From assembly GCA_951406725.2 (NCBI GenBank), contig OX597816.1, positions 22,630,001 to 22,694,000 on the forward strand: a stretch of DNA of 64,000 nt, in the 5' to 3' direction. The notes below the pieces were generated by a model, which was not told where the DNA came from, made no database searches, and saw nothing but the letters and a program-made list of their open reading frames with translations. The position numbers were made by a program, and so were the translations under genes. The DNA comes from Octopus vulgaris (Eukaryota). The first letter of the stretch is position 1. Every line of letters starts with the position of its first letter. Of the stretch, positions 51,633 through 64,000 are shown one piece after another.

Positions 51633-52926
51633 AGCTGAAATTTTCTGTCTGACTTGACTTCATTCATTGACTTCTCATATAAAACGTAAAAAATATATGT
51701 AAACCAAAATATCTAGCCCGGAGTAACCTTAAAACTATAAATCAAACAAACTTTTAATTGAAGACCGCATAGACAGTGATTTCTATTTAAAATTCCGTTG
51801 TTTTTTATTCAATTTGATTTTACTTCATATATTTATAATGCTATTTATTTTCTAAACTGTTATTTTTATTTTTTTCTTCCCCCTTGACTAACCCGAATAA
51901 CAAAGACTTTTGGTTTCCAAAGGCTGGAATAAACAACACACATTCAGATAATGAACTTTCCTTCAAATAACTATTATTAGCCATTTCCACCCAACGGTCT
52001 TTTCTATAATCGGAAAACATTTTAAATTATCAACTATTGTATTCAATTACAAACATCTCCTATAACGCCGGAGTTGACCTATGGCCATAGTTTTGCAGCT
52101 GGTGCGATGGCCCCCTAGAGACCAACTAATTAGCTTTCAACACAAAGTACTTGTTAAACTATATTTATAAAATAAAACAAACAAAAAAAAATAGAAGAAT
52201 TCCCATGACAATACTTTTCTCAAATAGATACATGTGATTACCGTATATACGTGTACACAACTGGTCAGGTGTGTTATTATGGTTGATGAAGAAAAAATAC
52301 GTAAATTAAATTTAAATGCAGACAGGAAGCACAGCTTCGCTATCTATTGAAGCTACACAACCTTTAAGTATCACTTTGTAATCCATCTTCGCAATTGGCT
52401 TAACGCTACGAGACACATATTCACAAGCAAGCATACATACACACACAAACACACGCATACACACAAACACACATGTCTTTTATTTTCTACTTGATTCAGT
52501 CATTGCGTTGCAGCCATGCTGTGAGGCCGCTATGAAGTGTTTTAGTCGTAAATATGAGAAGTATGGCTAAAACACAGGTTTACTTATTATTAAAAGCTCC
52601 TACGCTCGTTTCTTCATTATGATTGATTGGTGTCCTGCGGCGGAAGCTCATAACTGGTAATATTATGCCATGTAGAACTTTGTTAGAAACTATACCGAAA
52701 GCAAACACAATTACGAATATCTACGCTGTGCGCTAAATGTAACAGTAGCAGTCGTATATCTACTTGTATATATAAATTTTAACACCCTCCTACACACACA
52801 TACACAACATACACAAACACACATGCACAAACATACACACACACACATGCACACACACACACAGCTATATGTGTGAACGTATGTATGAATTTGCGTGCGT
52901 GTGTATGTATATATATATATATATAT

Positions 52927-55448
52927 AAACTTAGATACACTTAGATAAACTTAGATATGTTTCGACCAATGATTGGTCCAGGGCATGTCTAACTTAATAG
53001 CACCACCTGATAGGATTACTTGAATCCTGTTTAAATCAAGTCTTGGTTATGGTCCATTCAAGTAGTGAGTTTTTGTTGGGTGAGTTGTATCCAATTATGG
53101 ATGGCTCATCTGGTATTCCTTGAAGGAATCTATCCAGACTCCGTTTAAAGTTGATGGGATCCTGTTCCTCTTTGATCTCTTTCGGGACAATGTTAAATAG
53201 GGCAGGGCCTGTTGAGGAAAAGACATTATGTTGTAGTGTACATGTATGCTGTGATCTTGAATTGGGCAGAGGACGTATGGCCCGTGGTCCCAGTCTTGGA
53301 TGAACCTTGAAGCTAATGTTCAGGTCGTTTGGGCAAAATTGGCGGTATATTCTCCACATCGTACAAATGATGTACAGCTCACGGCGACGCTGGAGAGAGT
53401 AGAGTTTCAAGGCTTTAAGGCGATCCCAATAATCGAGAGCAGCCATGCCTTCAATTCGTTTAGTGAGTGCTCTCTGGGGTGATTCAATCCTCGAGATGTT
53501 TTGTCTTGTATGGGGAGACCACAGTGGGCAGCAGTATTCGAGGTGTGGCCGTACAAAGGAGGAGAAAAGTGGTATGATGATACCTTGTTCGGTGGACCGG
53601 AAAGTTCTTAAGATCCAGGAACTCATCCTACGACCTATATCGACCTTCTTGTTGATGTGTGCACTCCAACTGAGATCGTCATCAACAATTACACCCAGGT
53701 CTCTGATATTGTTAGAGGCTGTGAGCGGTTCCCCTGAAGGAAGAGAGTATGGCTGTTTTAGTGAGGAATTTCTTCCAAAATGCATCAACTCAAATTTTCC
53801 CTCGTTCAGTTGCATTTTGTTTCTGTCTGCCCATTGACTCACAGCATATAGATCAGACTGGAGTTAAGTTCGGTCTGCTTCTTCATTGACGATTTGCTAG
53901 AGCTTAGTGTCATCAGCAAATATTTTCACTTTGCAGTAATGTACGACACTGGAAAGGTCGTTTATGTAGATTATGAAGAGTAGCGGACCCAAGACAGTCC
54001 CCTGGGGGACACCGCTGGTGACTTTTGCTGGGCTTGAGTGGACTCCATCAACTACAACATGTTGTGTTCTATTCGCCAGGAAATACTTGATCCAGTTTAG
54101 AACTTTTCCGCGGATTCCAACATTTACCAATTTTGAGAGTAGGATATTATGGTTTACCCTGTCGAACGCTTTACTGAAGTCAAGATATATGACATCAGAG
54201 TTCGAACCTGTTCCCAAGGCTTTGAGTACATCTTCAATGTGGAGTAAGAGTTGTGTTAGACAGTCCCTGCCACAGCGAAAGCCATGCTGATTTGCATTTA
54301 GGAGTTTGTGGGTCTCCAGGAAGTCAGCTATCCTTGATCTTAACACTCTTTCAAACACTTTGATGATGTGGGAGGTGAGTGAGATTGGGCGATAGTTGAG
54401 TGCGAGGGATCTGTTTCCCTGTTTGAAAATCTGGATGACTGACTGGGATAGAAACTGTTTCGGTATATAACCTGCGTCTAACGAATTTCTCCAGAGGTTG
54501 GACAGAGGGACTGCAAGTTGGTGTCTACATTCATTCAGGAGACTACCGGGGAATCTATCAGGGCCTACAGCAGAGTAGTATTTGCGTCATTTATTGCTGC
54601 TGTGATGTCAGTGGCAGTGAAGGTTATGTCTGAGATTTTATGTTGAGGGTTAACTTCGTTCGCTTCTCTTGCGTCAATATCAGTGGGAACACTAAAGACA
54701 GAGCAGTATTGTTTCTGCGGTATTTCTGCCATTTCTTTAGCATCGTGTTGGGGAATGCCGTTATCATGAATCAATGGCTCAATGGGTGAGACAGTGGTTC
54801 TATGCTTATTTGCATAAGAATAGAACACTTTTGGGTTCTGTTTGATGTTTTTGATTACCCACTGTTCCTCCACAGCTCTTTGATTTTCAATGGAGGTTTC
54901 CATGTCGTTCTGTAGATGAAGTTTTTCCAGCTCTAGCCTTTTCATTGTTGTTGAATATGGATGTTGTGTGTGGGAATATTTTAATTAGTTGATTTTTTTG
55001 TCGAGTCTTTTGATGCGCCTGATGAGTTTTTTTTTCTTTTTAGGGAGCCGGTTTCTGTTTGTGTTAGTAGATTTCGTGGGAGCGTGTTTAGAGCATGTAT
55101 AGGTGACAATGTTTTCAAAGTGCTGCCAAGCGGTCTCATTATGGGTGGAATTGAGAGTAAAAGACTAGTCGATGCAAGACAGATCCTTTCTGATTGCTCC
55201 CCAGTCCGCTTTGTGGAAGTTTATATTGTCAAATGAGTGCGATGGAGTGTGATTGGCTGGTTTGGTTTTTATATGTCGGGAATTGAAATTGCAGAGTATC
55301 CTGTCGTGGTCTGAGAGGAGAGTTTTTTCAACTGAAGGAGTAAATCCAAACTTACAGGGAAAAATTAGATTTGGGATTAAAGGAGGAGGTTCTTCCACAA
55401 CTAACTGCTCCAGGACCCTGCTCTGGTCTTTGGGACAGTTCTCCTTAA
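52927..55448 (-). mobile_element. 5'-truncated CR1-group LINE (different family from 3860-5148), inactivated
   Basis: End of the endonuclease (LSDH), RT and C-terminus; tail of three 10-mers (A.ACTTAGAT on +); both flanks are TA/TG microsatellite. Confidence 0.92.
53036..55330 (-). pseudogene. LINE ORF2 (endonuclease end plus reverse transcriptase) with stops and frameshifts
   Basis: Motifs LSDH, KADW, NPKVFYSY, QHGFR, YLDFSKAFD, GVPQGTVLGPLLF, IFADD, RDLGV, VRPHLEYC and LYSLQRRRE, split across ORFs 55165, 54565, 53897 and 53036. Confidence 0.92.
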
Positions 55449-55450
55449 TG

Positions 55451-55499
<49 letters not shown>

Positions 55500-55580
55500 G
55501 CACACATACACGCACACAAACGCACACACGCGCGCGCACACACACACGTATATACATACGTGTGTATGTATATTTATATT

Positions 55581-55744
55581 TATATATTAAATTAGAGATA
55601 AAACCACTATTAGGCAAATCAAACAGTGAAAATCATAAACCAATACATAGAAATAAAATTAATTAATTTTATTTCTATGTATTGGTTTATGATTTTCACT
55701 GTTTGATTTGCCTAATAGTGGTTTTATCTCTAATTTAATATATA
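55581..55744. repeat. Perfect 164-bp palindrome with no spacer
   Basis: 82-bp arms are exact reverse complements about the axis 55662/55663. Confidence 0.95.
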
Positions 55745-55759
55745 TATATATATATTTAT

Positions 55760-56310
55760 ATTTAGTTTCAGCTCAGAGCTGGGCCATGCTGATGCACTGT
55801 CTTTTTACTCTTTTACTTGTTACAGTCATTTGACTGCAGGCATGCTGGAGCACCACCTTTAATGGAGCAAATCGACCCCAGCATTTATTCTTTGTAAGAC
55901 TAGTACTTATTCTATCGGTCTCTTATATATATATAGTATACGTGTGCGTTGCTGTGATTTAGGAAGGTTACGTCCCCCACCACATGGTTCTGGGTTCAAT
56001 CCCACTGCGTGGCACATTGGGCAAGTGTATTCTACTATAGCCACGGGCCGACCAAAGCGTTGTGAGTGGATTTGTTAGATGGAAACAGAAAGAAAAACGT
56101 TGTGTATATATCGGAGTATGTGTGTGTGTATGTATTCATGTATGTATATTTCTATGTTTGCGCGTCTTTGTGTTTGCACCCCAACGCCACCACCACCGCT
56201 TGACAACCAGTGTTGTGTATTTGTCTCCGTTACTTTGTTCGACAAAAACGTTAAAGTGGGTGCCCCAGCATGGCCGTAGTCAAATGACTGAAAGAAGTAA
56301 AAGATAAAAG
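55760..56310. mobile_element. SINE-B fragments (- tails 55760-55925; + copy 55945-56310)
   Basis: Family matches. Confidence 0.8.
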
Positions 56311-56319
56311 AAATATATG

Positions 56320-56572
56320 TTTGTATGTGTGTGTGCGTGTCTGCGTGTGTGCGCCTGTGTACATGTGTGTGCGTGTGAGTGTGTGTTTACATGTGTGTGC
56401 GTGTGAGTGTGTGTGCGTGTACGTGCGTGTGTTGATGCCTGTGTGTACGCGTGTGTGTGGGTGCGAATGTGCACGCGTGTGTGTATGTGCGCGTATATGC
56501 GTGTGTGTGCATGTGCGTGTCTGTGTGCACGCGCGTGTGTGCGTGTATGTGCGTGTGTGTACGTGTGTGTAC
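56320..56572. repeat. Degenerate (TG/CG)n purine-pyrimidine tract
   Basis: Read directly. Confidence 0.9.
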
Positions 56573-57040
56573 TACATGCTGCCAGATCTTCCCTCTTATC
56601 AATTTCACTTACAACGTATTTGTCGGGCCGAGCCTTTAAAAAAGAAAAAAAAACCAAACACCCACCCCAGGAGTCACACAGTGAGATCGAACCCAAAACC
56701 ATGTGGCTGCAAACTGAACTTCATAAGAACAATCCAGCCACACCTGTTCCCATATATATATAAAGTGAATATTTCACGTCATTGAGAACAGTTCACTATG
56801 TTAATATGACAAGCCATCATAAAATCGTAAATGTTTCAATATTTATTAGTTTATTTACTACCTACAAGCAAATTCAACGTATGTGGACACGTTGTACAGC
56901 TGACTGCATCAAATTTACGTTATAGTGCTAGATCATATTTCATAAACGATTAAAGAACGGAACATTATTTAGACTTCTCTCGTATTTGAAGATAGAGTCA
57001 CGTGGAATTAATCTAAATATAATTATATAACTTTCGCTAT

Positions 57041-57072
<32 letters not shown>

Positions 57073-57658
57073 CCCTATATACATTACTTATATTGATATT
57101 TGAATCGGAACTGTGGATAAATGAATATGAATGTGATCTCCCTTTCATTCTTTCCTTCAAACTACATTCCATAACTCTAATCCATACTAAGCATTTGTTC
57201 TAAGTTGTTTGTCATTTTGTTTAATACATAACCGTCAACACTCATGATGTACTTGTGGGAACTTTAATAATATACAAAACCAGAAATGTCTAACTGTGAA
57301 AGAATTTCTCTTTTGTTTTACGTCAACCACGATGCTGCTGTTTTCTTAACCAAGCACTCTACGGGACTCTAGTGGAATTGATGAGATTGATGTTGACTTT
57401 GAGCCTATGCAAGTTGGTCTCTCTCTGCAAGAATATATAAGTGTGGATAGGGGGATTTTATAGAATTATAGTATTGTCAGCAAATGATTGAGCGTGGTCT
57501 TTAGCGCCAGATCTGGCAGAGTAATGCATCTTCATACGGCGTAGGACGAAGAGAGAACTGGGGAAAATGTTAAAAGTGTTACGAGAAAGTTTGACTAGAA
57601 TTGGCAGTTACATTAGCAGTTCAGAAGTGTAGGGAATGTTGCAGCAGCAGCAGCCGTA

Positions 57659-58039
57659 GTGGGGCACAATGGCCCAGTGGTTAGGGCAGCGGACTCGCGG
57701 TCGGAGAATCGCGGTTTCGATTCCCAGACTGGGCGTTGTGTGTGTTTATTGAGCGAAAACACCTAAATCTCCACGAGGCTGCGGCAGCGGTTGGTGGCGA
57801 CCCCTGTTGTACTATTTCGCTTCAACTTCCTCACACTCTTTCTTCCTGTTTCTTGTCCCCGACTTTCTACGCAACCGCTGAGCCTGTATGCGCATTCATC
57901 CATCCGTCGATGCTCTCGGTGTTGGGGGTTGACCTGCTTTCTCTTCTGCAGGTCTTACGAATAGCAAAGGACCACGTTTCGGACTTCTCCCACCTTGCGA
58001 GCTCTGGGAAGAAGGCCGTTCGCTCAACAGCAGCAGCAA
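57659..58039 (+). mobile_element. SINE family C, tail variant 3, 15-bp TSD
   Basis: Same head as 47405, unrelated 3' ~170 bp ending in CAG/CAA repeats; TSD CAGCAGCAGCCGTAG at 57645-57659 and 58040-58054. Confidence 0.9.
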
Positions 58040-58879
58040 CAGCAGCAGCCGTAGCAAAGAGGAAGATATGGCGACTACATTTCACTGATTGGAAGACGCT
58101 GGTTAATAATGGTTCAAACAAATTATATAATGGATTCCATTGCAGAAGATCTGAAAGGAAAACAAATAGTTTCAATATTTGTGTAAGCGCTAATAAAATG
58201 TTGTTGATTGTTAACAACTAATTGTTGCTCAGAAATTAAACTCTGGAACTGTAAAAATATGAAATAGTTTTAGTATGCACAGTTCATAAAATTATAAACG
58301 TCATTTCAGTACAAGATGTTGCGTCGTGTAGCATTTTACTAACCTCAAGAATTTCGTTCAGAAATACTTATACATAAGTAGATATACTACAAAGTGTTTT
58401 AATGATTCTATATTTGTTGACTCTAAAATGATGTTTTGACGTTTTAAAGTCCGACAGGTTTTCAATGTCACTCTGCGAAAACAATATTGTTTTCACGTAC
58501 AGTAAAACCGTCAGAGAGCCACATTTGTGAATAATTATTCACAAAGCTTCTCTACTAAGGCAACAAAGGTTTTATTATTGTTAACATATACGTAACAGAG
58601 TACTACTTGATGTTCAACACACTTTTGAAGTTGTCTAGCCTGGAAGATCATATCCATTATCCCTCGGCTCACGCGGAAGCTAAACTGAATTTCTGGTTAA
58701 AAAAATGATAGGATAGATATCACGCATCCAGACCTTTTTACATTGTTCTTCGGAGATTTACCCACAGATACTAAGAGAGTAATATCTCAGAAAATGTCAT
58801 ATATACTCGTAGATCTTTTATGTTTATGAATGAACGATAGAAAAACCATCCATCAATCCAATACTATGGAATCGAAGTT

Positions 58880-58922
58880 CATTCACAGTAAAGAAGTATC
58901 ATTCACAGTAAGGAAGTATCAT
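58880..58922. repeat. 20-bp tandem duplication CATTCACAGTAARGAAGTAT
   Basis: Two copies read directly. Confidence 0.85.
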
Positions 58923-59465
58923 CCACTATACTGCAAATGCTAGTGTTGCCTCCTGCTTTAAAGTCTTTGTATGGGTATTCCATCTATCCTTGGGCATTAC
59001 CAGAGGATATATTACTTATTGTAAATATAATTTTACCATATCTATGCGTGACAACATCTCTTTTCGGCTTTCCATAAAAAATATTTCCATATTAATATCA
59101 GAACTGTTGAAGAACAAGTAAATTTTCTTTCCAATGTTTTATTACGTCATCTATTGTTTAACATCTACTTTTGGGGAGTTAAAACCTGCTTACGGAATAG
59201 ATTTTCGGTATGCAGAATCGAAGAGACAGGCATGATTGGTGGTTATAGCTCGAAACTGACAGTTTTAAAGGATAGGGCCACTAAAGCAGCACATATGGGA
59301 ATGCAATTGTGCAAGCCTCGAATATCTTACTGTTGCCCTTACTGAGCAATGCAGAATGATTTGTGATGAAATGCAGCAACATCTTAATGAGAATACCGCC
59401 AAAACCCTTCACATTCAGCAAATATTAAGTCCAACTTAGAACACTTGGAGGAATCTACTAAACTA

Positions 59466-60416
59466 AAGGATGAATATATATATATTTATTTACTACCCAC
59501 AAGGGGCTAAACACGGAGGGGACAAACATAGAAAGACAAACGGATTAAGTCGATTATATCGACCCCCAGTGCGTAACTGTTACTTAATTTATCGACCCCG
59601 AAGGGATGAAAAGCAAAGTCGACCTCGGCGGAATTTGAACTCAAAACGTAACGGCAGACGAAATACGGCTACGCATTTTGCCCGCGTGCTAACGTTTCTG
59701 CCAGCTTGCAGATGAAGGATGAATATAATATGTTTTTCTTTACTACCCACAAGGGGCTAAACACAGAGGGGACAAACATAGACAGACAAACGGATTAAAT
59801 CGATTATATCGACCCCCAGTGCGTAACTGGTACTTAATTTATCGACCCCGATGGGATGAAAAGCAAAGTCGACCTCGGCGGAATTTGAACTCAGAACGTA
59901 ACGGCAGACCAAATACCTATTTCTTAACTACCCACAAGGGGCTCAACACTGAGGGGACAAACATGGATAGACAAACGGATTAAGTCGATTATATCGACCC
60001 CCCAGTGCGTAAATGGTACTTAATTTATCGACCCCGAAGGGATAAAAAGCAAAGTCGACCTCGGCGGAATTTGAACTCAGAACGTAACGGCAAACGAAAT
60101 AAGGCTACACATTTTGCCCGGCGTGCTAACGTTTCTACCAGCTCGCAGATGAAGGATGAATATAATATGTATTTATTTACTACCCACAAGGGGCTCAACC
60201 CAGAGGGGGCAAACAAGGACAGACAAAGCGATTAAGTCGATTACATCGACCCCAGTACGTAACTGGTACTTATTTAATTGACCCCGAAAGGATGAAAGGC
60301 AAAGTCGACCTCGGCGGAATTTGAACTCAGAACGTAACGGTAGACGAAATACGGCTACGCATTTTGCCCGGCGTGCTAACGTTTCCGCCAGCTCGCAGAT
60401 GAAGGATGAAAATAAT
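59466..60416 (-). mobile_element. Tandem array of four SINE-A units with a repeated flank (GATG)AAGGATGAATATAATAT
   Basis: Monomer, dimer, monomer; the flank motif occurs at ~59466, 59711, 60148 and 60398. Confidence 0.9.
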
Positions 60417-60780
60417 GGAAGCACTCCGTCGGTTACGACGATGAGGGTTCCGGTTGATCCGAATCAACGGAACAGCCTGCTCGTGAAATTAACGTGTAAG
60501 TGGCTGAGCACTCCACAGACACGTGCACCCTTAACGTAGTTCTCGGGGATATTCAGCGTGACACAGAGAATGACAAGGCCGGCCCCTTGAAATACAGGTA
60601 TAACAGAAACAGGAAGTAAGAGTGAGAGAAAGTTGTGGTGAAAGAGTACAGCAGGGATCACCACCATCCCCTGCCGGAGCCTCGTGGAGCTTTTTAGGTG
60701 TTTTCGCTCAATAAACACTCACAACACCCGGTCTGGGAATCGAAACCTATGCCCTAACCACTGGGCCATTGCGCCTCCAC
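60417..60780 (-). mobile_element. SINE family C, tail variant 1, 12-bp TSD
   Basis: TSD GATGAAAATAAT at 60405-60416 and 60781-60792. Confidence 0.92.
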
Positions 60781-61275
60781 GATGAAAATAATATATGTCA
60801 ACACACACTACTCACACACAAACACATCTTACTAGCGAAAACGACGTACATCTAGTTTCAAATATAAGACTATAACATTACATATACATCCTTCTGGTTG
60901 CATTAATGTACAAAGACATTAGATTTAAACAAGAATATTTTGCACATCCTTTATTTATCCGCGAAACAGTGTTCTAGATGTCTTGTTTGCATAAGCTGCC
61001 TTTGAGAATATGCTTGCTGAAATTTAGTATTCATAACGAAATCAACAATATGGGAAATATTGATTTTGCTTTCACTGCCAGGCTCATGCCTCCTAATGTC
61101 ATATGTATCGTTATACTCTTAATGTTTTGGCCATTGTTCACTTACCCAGATCATCGTATCTTATTGGAGAGAGATGCAAGTCGAAAGCATTTCCGTTGAA
61201 CTCTGCACGATACGATAACAATTGCAATACAAATACACTTTTGAATTGCGATATCCTTCACTTCCCCCAGTGCTC

Positions 61276-62092
<817 letters not shown>

Positions 62093-62103
62093 TCATCATC
62101 TAA

Positions 62104-62490
62104 TGTAGCTTGCTTACGAACCACATAGTTCCGGTTTCAGTCCCACTGCGTGGCACCTTGGATAAGTGTCTTCTACTATAGCCTCGGGCCGACCAAAGCC
62201 TTGTCAGTGGATTTGGTGGACGGAAACTGAAAGCCCATCGTATATATGTATATACATGTATATGTGTGTGTGTGTATGTTTGTGTGTCTGTGTTTTTCCC
62301 CCAACATCGCTTGACAACTGATGCTGGTGTGTTCACGTCCCATAACCTAGCGGTTCAGCAAAAGAGAGACCGATAGTATAAGTACTAGGCTTACAAAGAA
62401 TAAGTCCTGGGGTCGATTTGCTCGACTAAAGGCGGTGCTCCAGCATGGCCACAGTCAAATGACTGAAACAAGTAAAAGAGTAAAAGAGTA
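62104..62490 (+). mobile_element. SINE family B, nearly full-length
   Basis: Family match with a (GTAAAAGA)n tail. Confidence 0.92.
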
Positions 62491-64000
62491 TCTTTGCAGA
62501 GTTTCCTGCGACCACCATTACTCTTTTCTTTTCCGGTACCTGTCCAAACATTATTTATATTTTTTCGTCAACTTCTTATGAACCACGAATACTGTTTTTA
62601 TATCCACATCAAGCGTTAAAACCAGTACTGAATGTAGTTCAAAAGGAAAGCATACAGATGGCCAACTAATGATACAATGTGATATTCTTATGAGGAAAGA
62701 AAAAGCGTTAATATGTAAACGTAAAAAAAAAATTACTGCAGGATTAAATCTCATTTATCAAATGAACTGAAATTTATAGATGAAATTAATGAAAAACGTA
62801 AGTAACGGGATATACAATTTCTTAAAACGTTCTAACGTCCACGTAGCAAGCTAATGGTAAATGCATCTCACTAGATGTCATTCCTTAAGTGAAGGGTGTG
62901 AAAGCTAAATGGTCAAATGGAATTAATAAGATGAATGAAGCAGAAGTAATCTATTTGTATGAGGAACGTGAACGTACTATTAGCAGCCTAATAGAAATAG
63001 TTTTGGTAAGGGGATTTGATGGTCCATTTGTAAAAGTACCTTTTATTGTATTTGGAGCGTCTTAGAAATTGGGCTGTAAACGTAACTTAAAACAATATAT
63101 ATATATTAAGATTCCTTCAAATGGTCTTAACTTCGAGTAGTGTGGAATAACGTTTGGCTGTGTTTTGCAGGAAATCCTCGTCTAAAATGTATCTTTATGG
63201 TTCTATTACCTAGCTACTAATGATATGATTGATGCGTGTGTCTCGGAAGGGGTTCGCAAGTTCACGAAAACTTCATACAAAAACAACACCAGAATTAATC
63301 TTTGCACAGACAATTGTTTCTCTTGCTGTTACGAACTTTAAATGCAACAATAAACGAGATAGTTGGACAGAAATTTATTAGTCGAGAATCCGATTAGCGA
63401 ATAGGAAAATAAACAAACACGAAGATATAAAAGAATCAAGCGATTTTAAACGCTGTTCTGTTAAATTCGTTTTCGCTGATTTAAAATAACTTCAAGCCAT
63501 CGATTTCACACTAATTTAGACATAGTTATGACCTGCTAAGGTCAATTGGCACTGAATATACCGGAAATAAACAGTAACAATAGCAACAGTATCATGAATA
63601 AACAAGAAAAAATGAAGGCGAATACTGAGAATTTTATGGAAGTTGAGTAAACGTAACCGTTTAAAACTCTTATTAAACCAAATCAACACCCCCCATATCT
63701 GTATATTCTGGTAAATATATGAATTCCTGTACCATCAAATGACCATTAAGTACTTATCGATATTCGATTGTTGATAAAAGTAAAACACAATCCAAAAGAT
63801 TTAGTTTCCTCTAATATATAATTTTCATTCGTTCCAGTTACATTACGCTTATATATTTTTTATTTTATTTACTTTCTGATATACGAATTCTATAATTTAC
63901 TCTCACTAAGAAGGCACTACAAGTAGCCTCTTCAATCGTACACAGACATCTTGATAGGGTAAGTGTGGTAGGTTTAATAGGATTAATGTTTAGACTATAT

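Noticed and set aside
59466-60416. Repeat-spacer array resembling CRISPR
   Set aside because: The 'spacers' are near-identical SINE-A copies.

Overview
AT-rich, repeat-dominated eukaryotic genomic DNA, probably intergenic or intronic. The repeat content suggests a cephalopod such as Octopus; this is an inference from recalled repeat families, not a tested result. I could not support any host protein-coding exon, rRNA gene or true tRNA gene, and most ORF-track entries are translated microsatellites or SINE sequence. The window holds three LINE fragments (a Tx1/L1-like 3' end, a young CR1-group RT with an open ORF, and an older CR1-group copy), one full-length but frameshifted mariner, mariner-derived and other MITEs/foldbacks, three non-autonomous Helitrons, a decayed Chapaev3-like transposase, dozens of copies of four tRNA-headed SINE families (my labels A-D), and many microsatellites. 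The main observations: (1) several minimal hammerhead-ribozyme motifs of the Penelope-like type, the best one in the loop of a 121-bp inverted repeat; (2) SINE 3' tails that match LINE 3' ends present in the same window, including a Tx1/L1-like partner; (3) head/tail shuffling among SINE families; (4) SINE-A head-to-tail multimers with one recurrent junction; (5) a ~160-bp flanking duplication and a perfect 164-bp palindrome. Coordinates were read by eye and may be off by a few bases.
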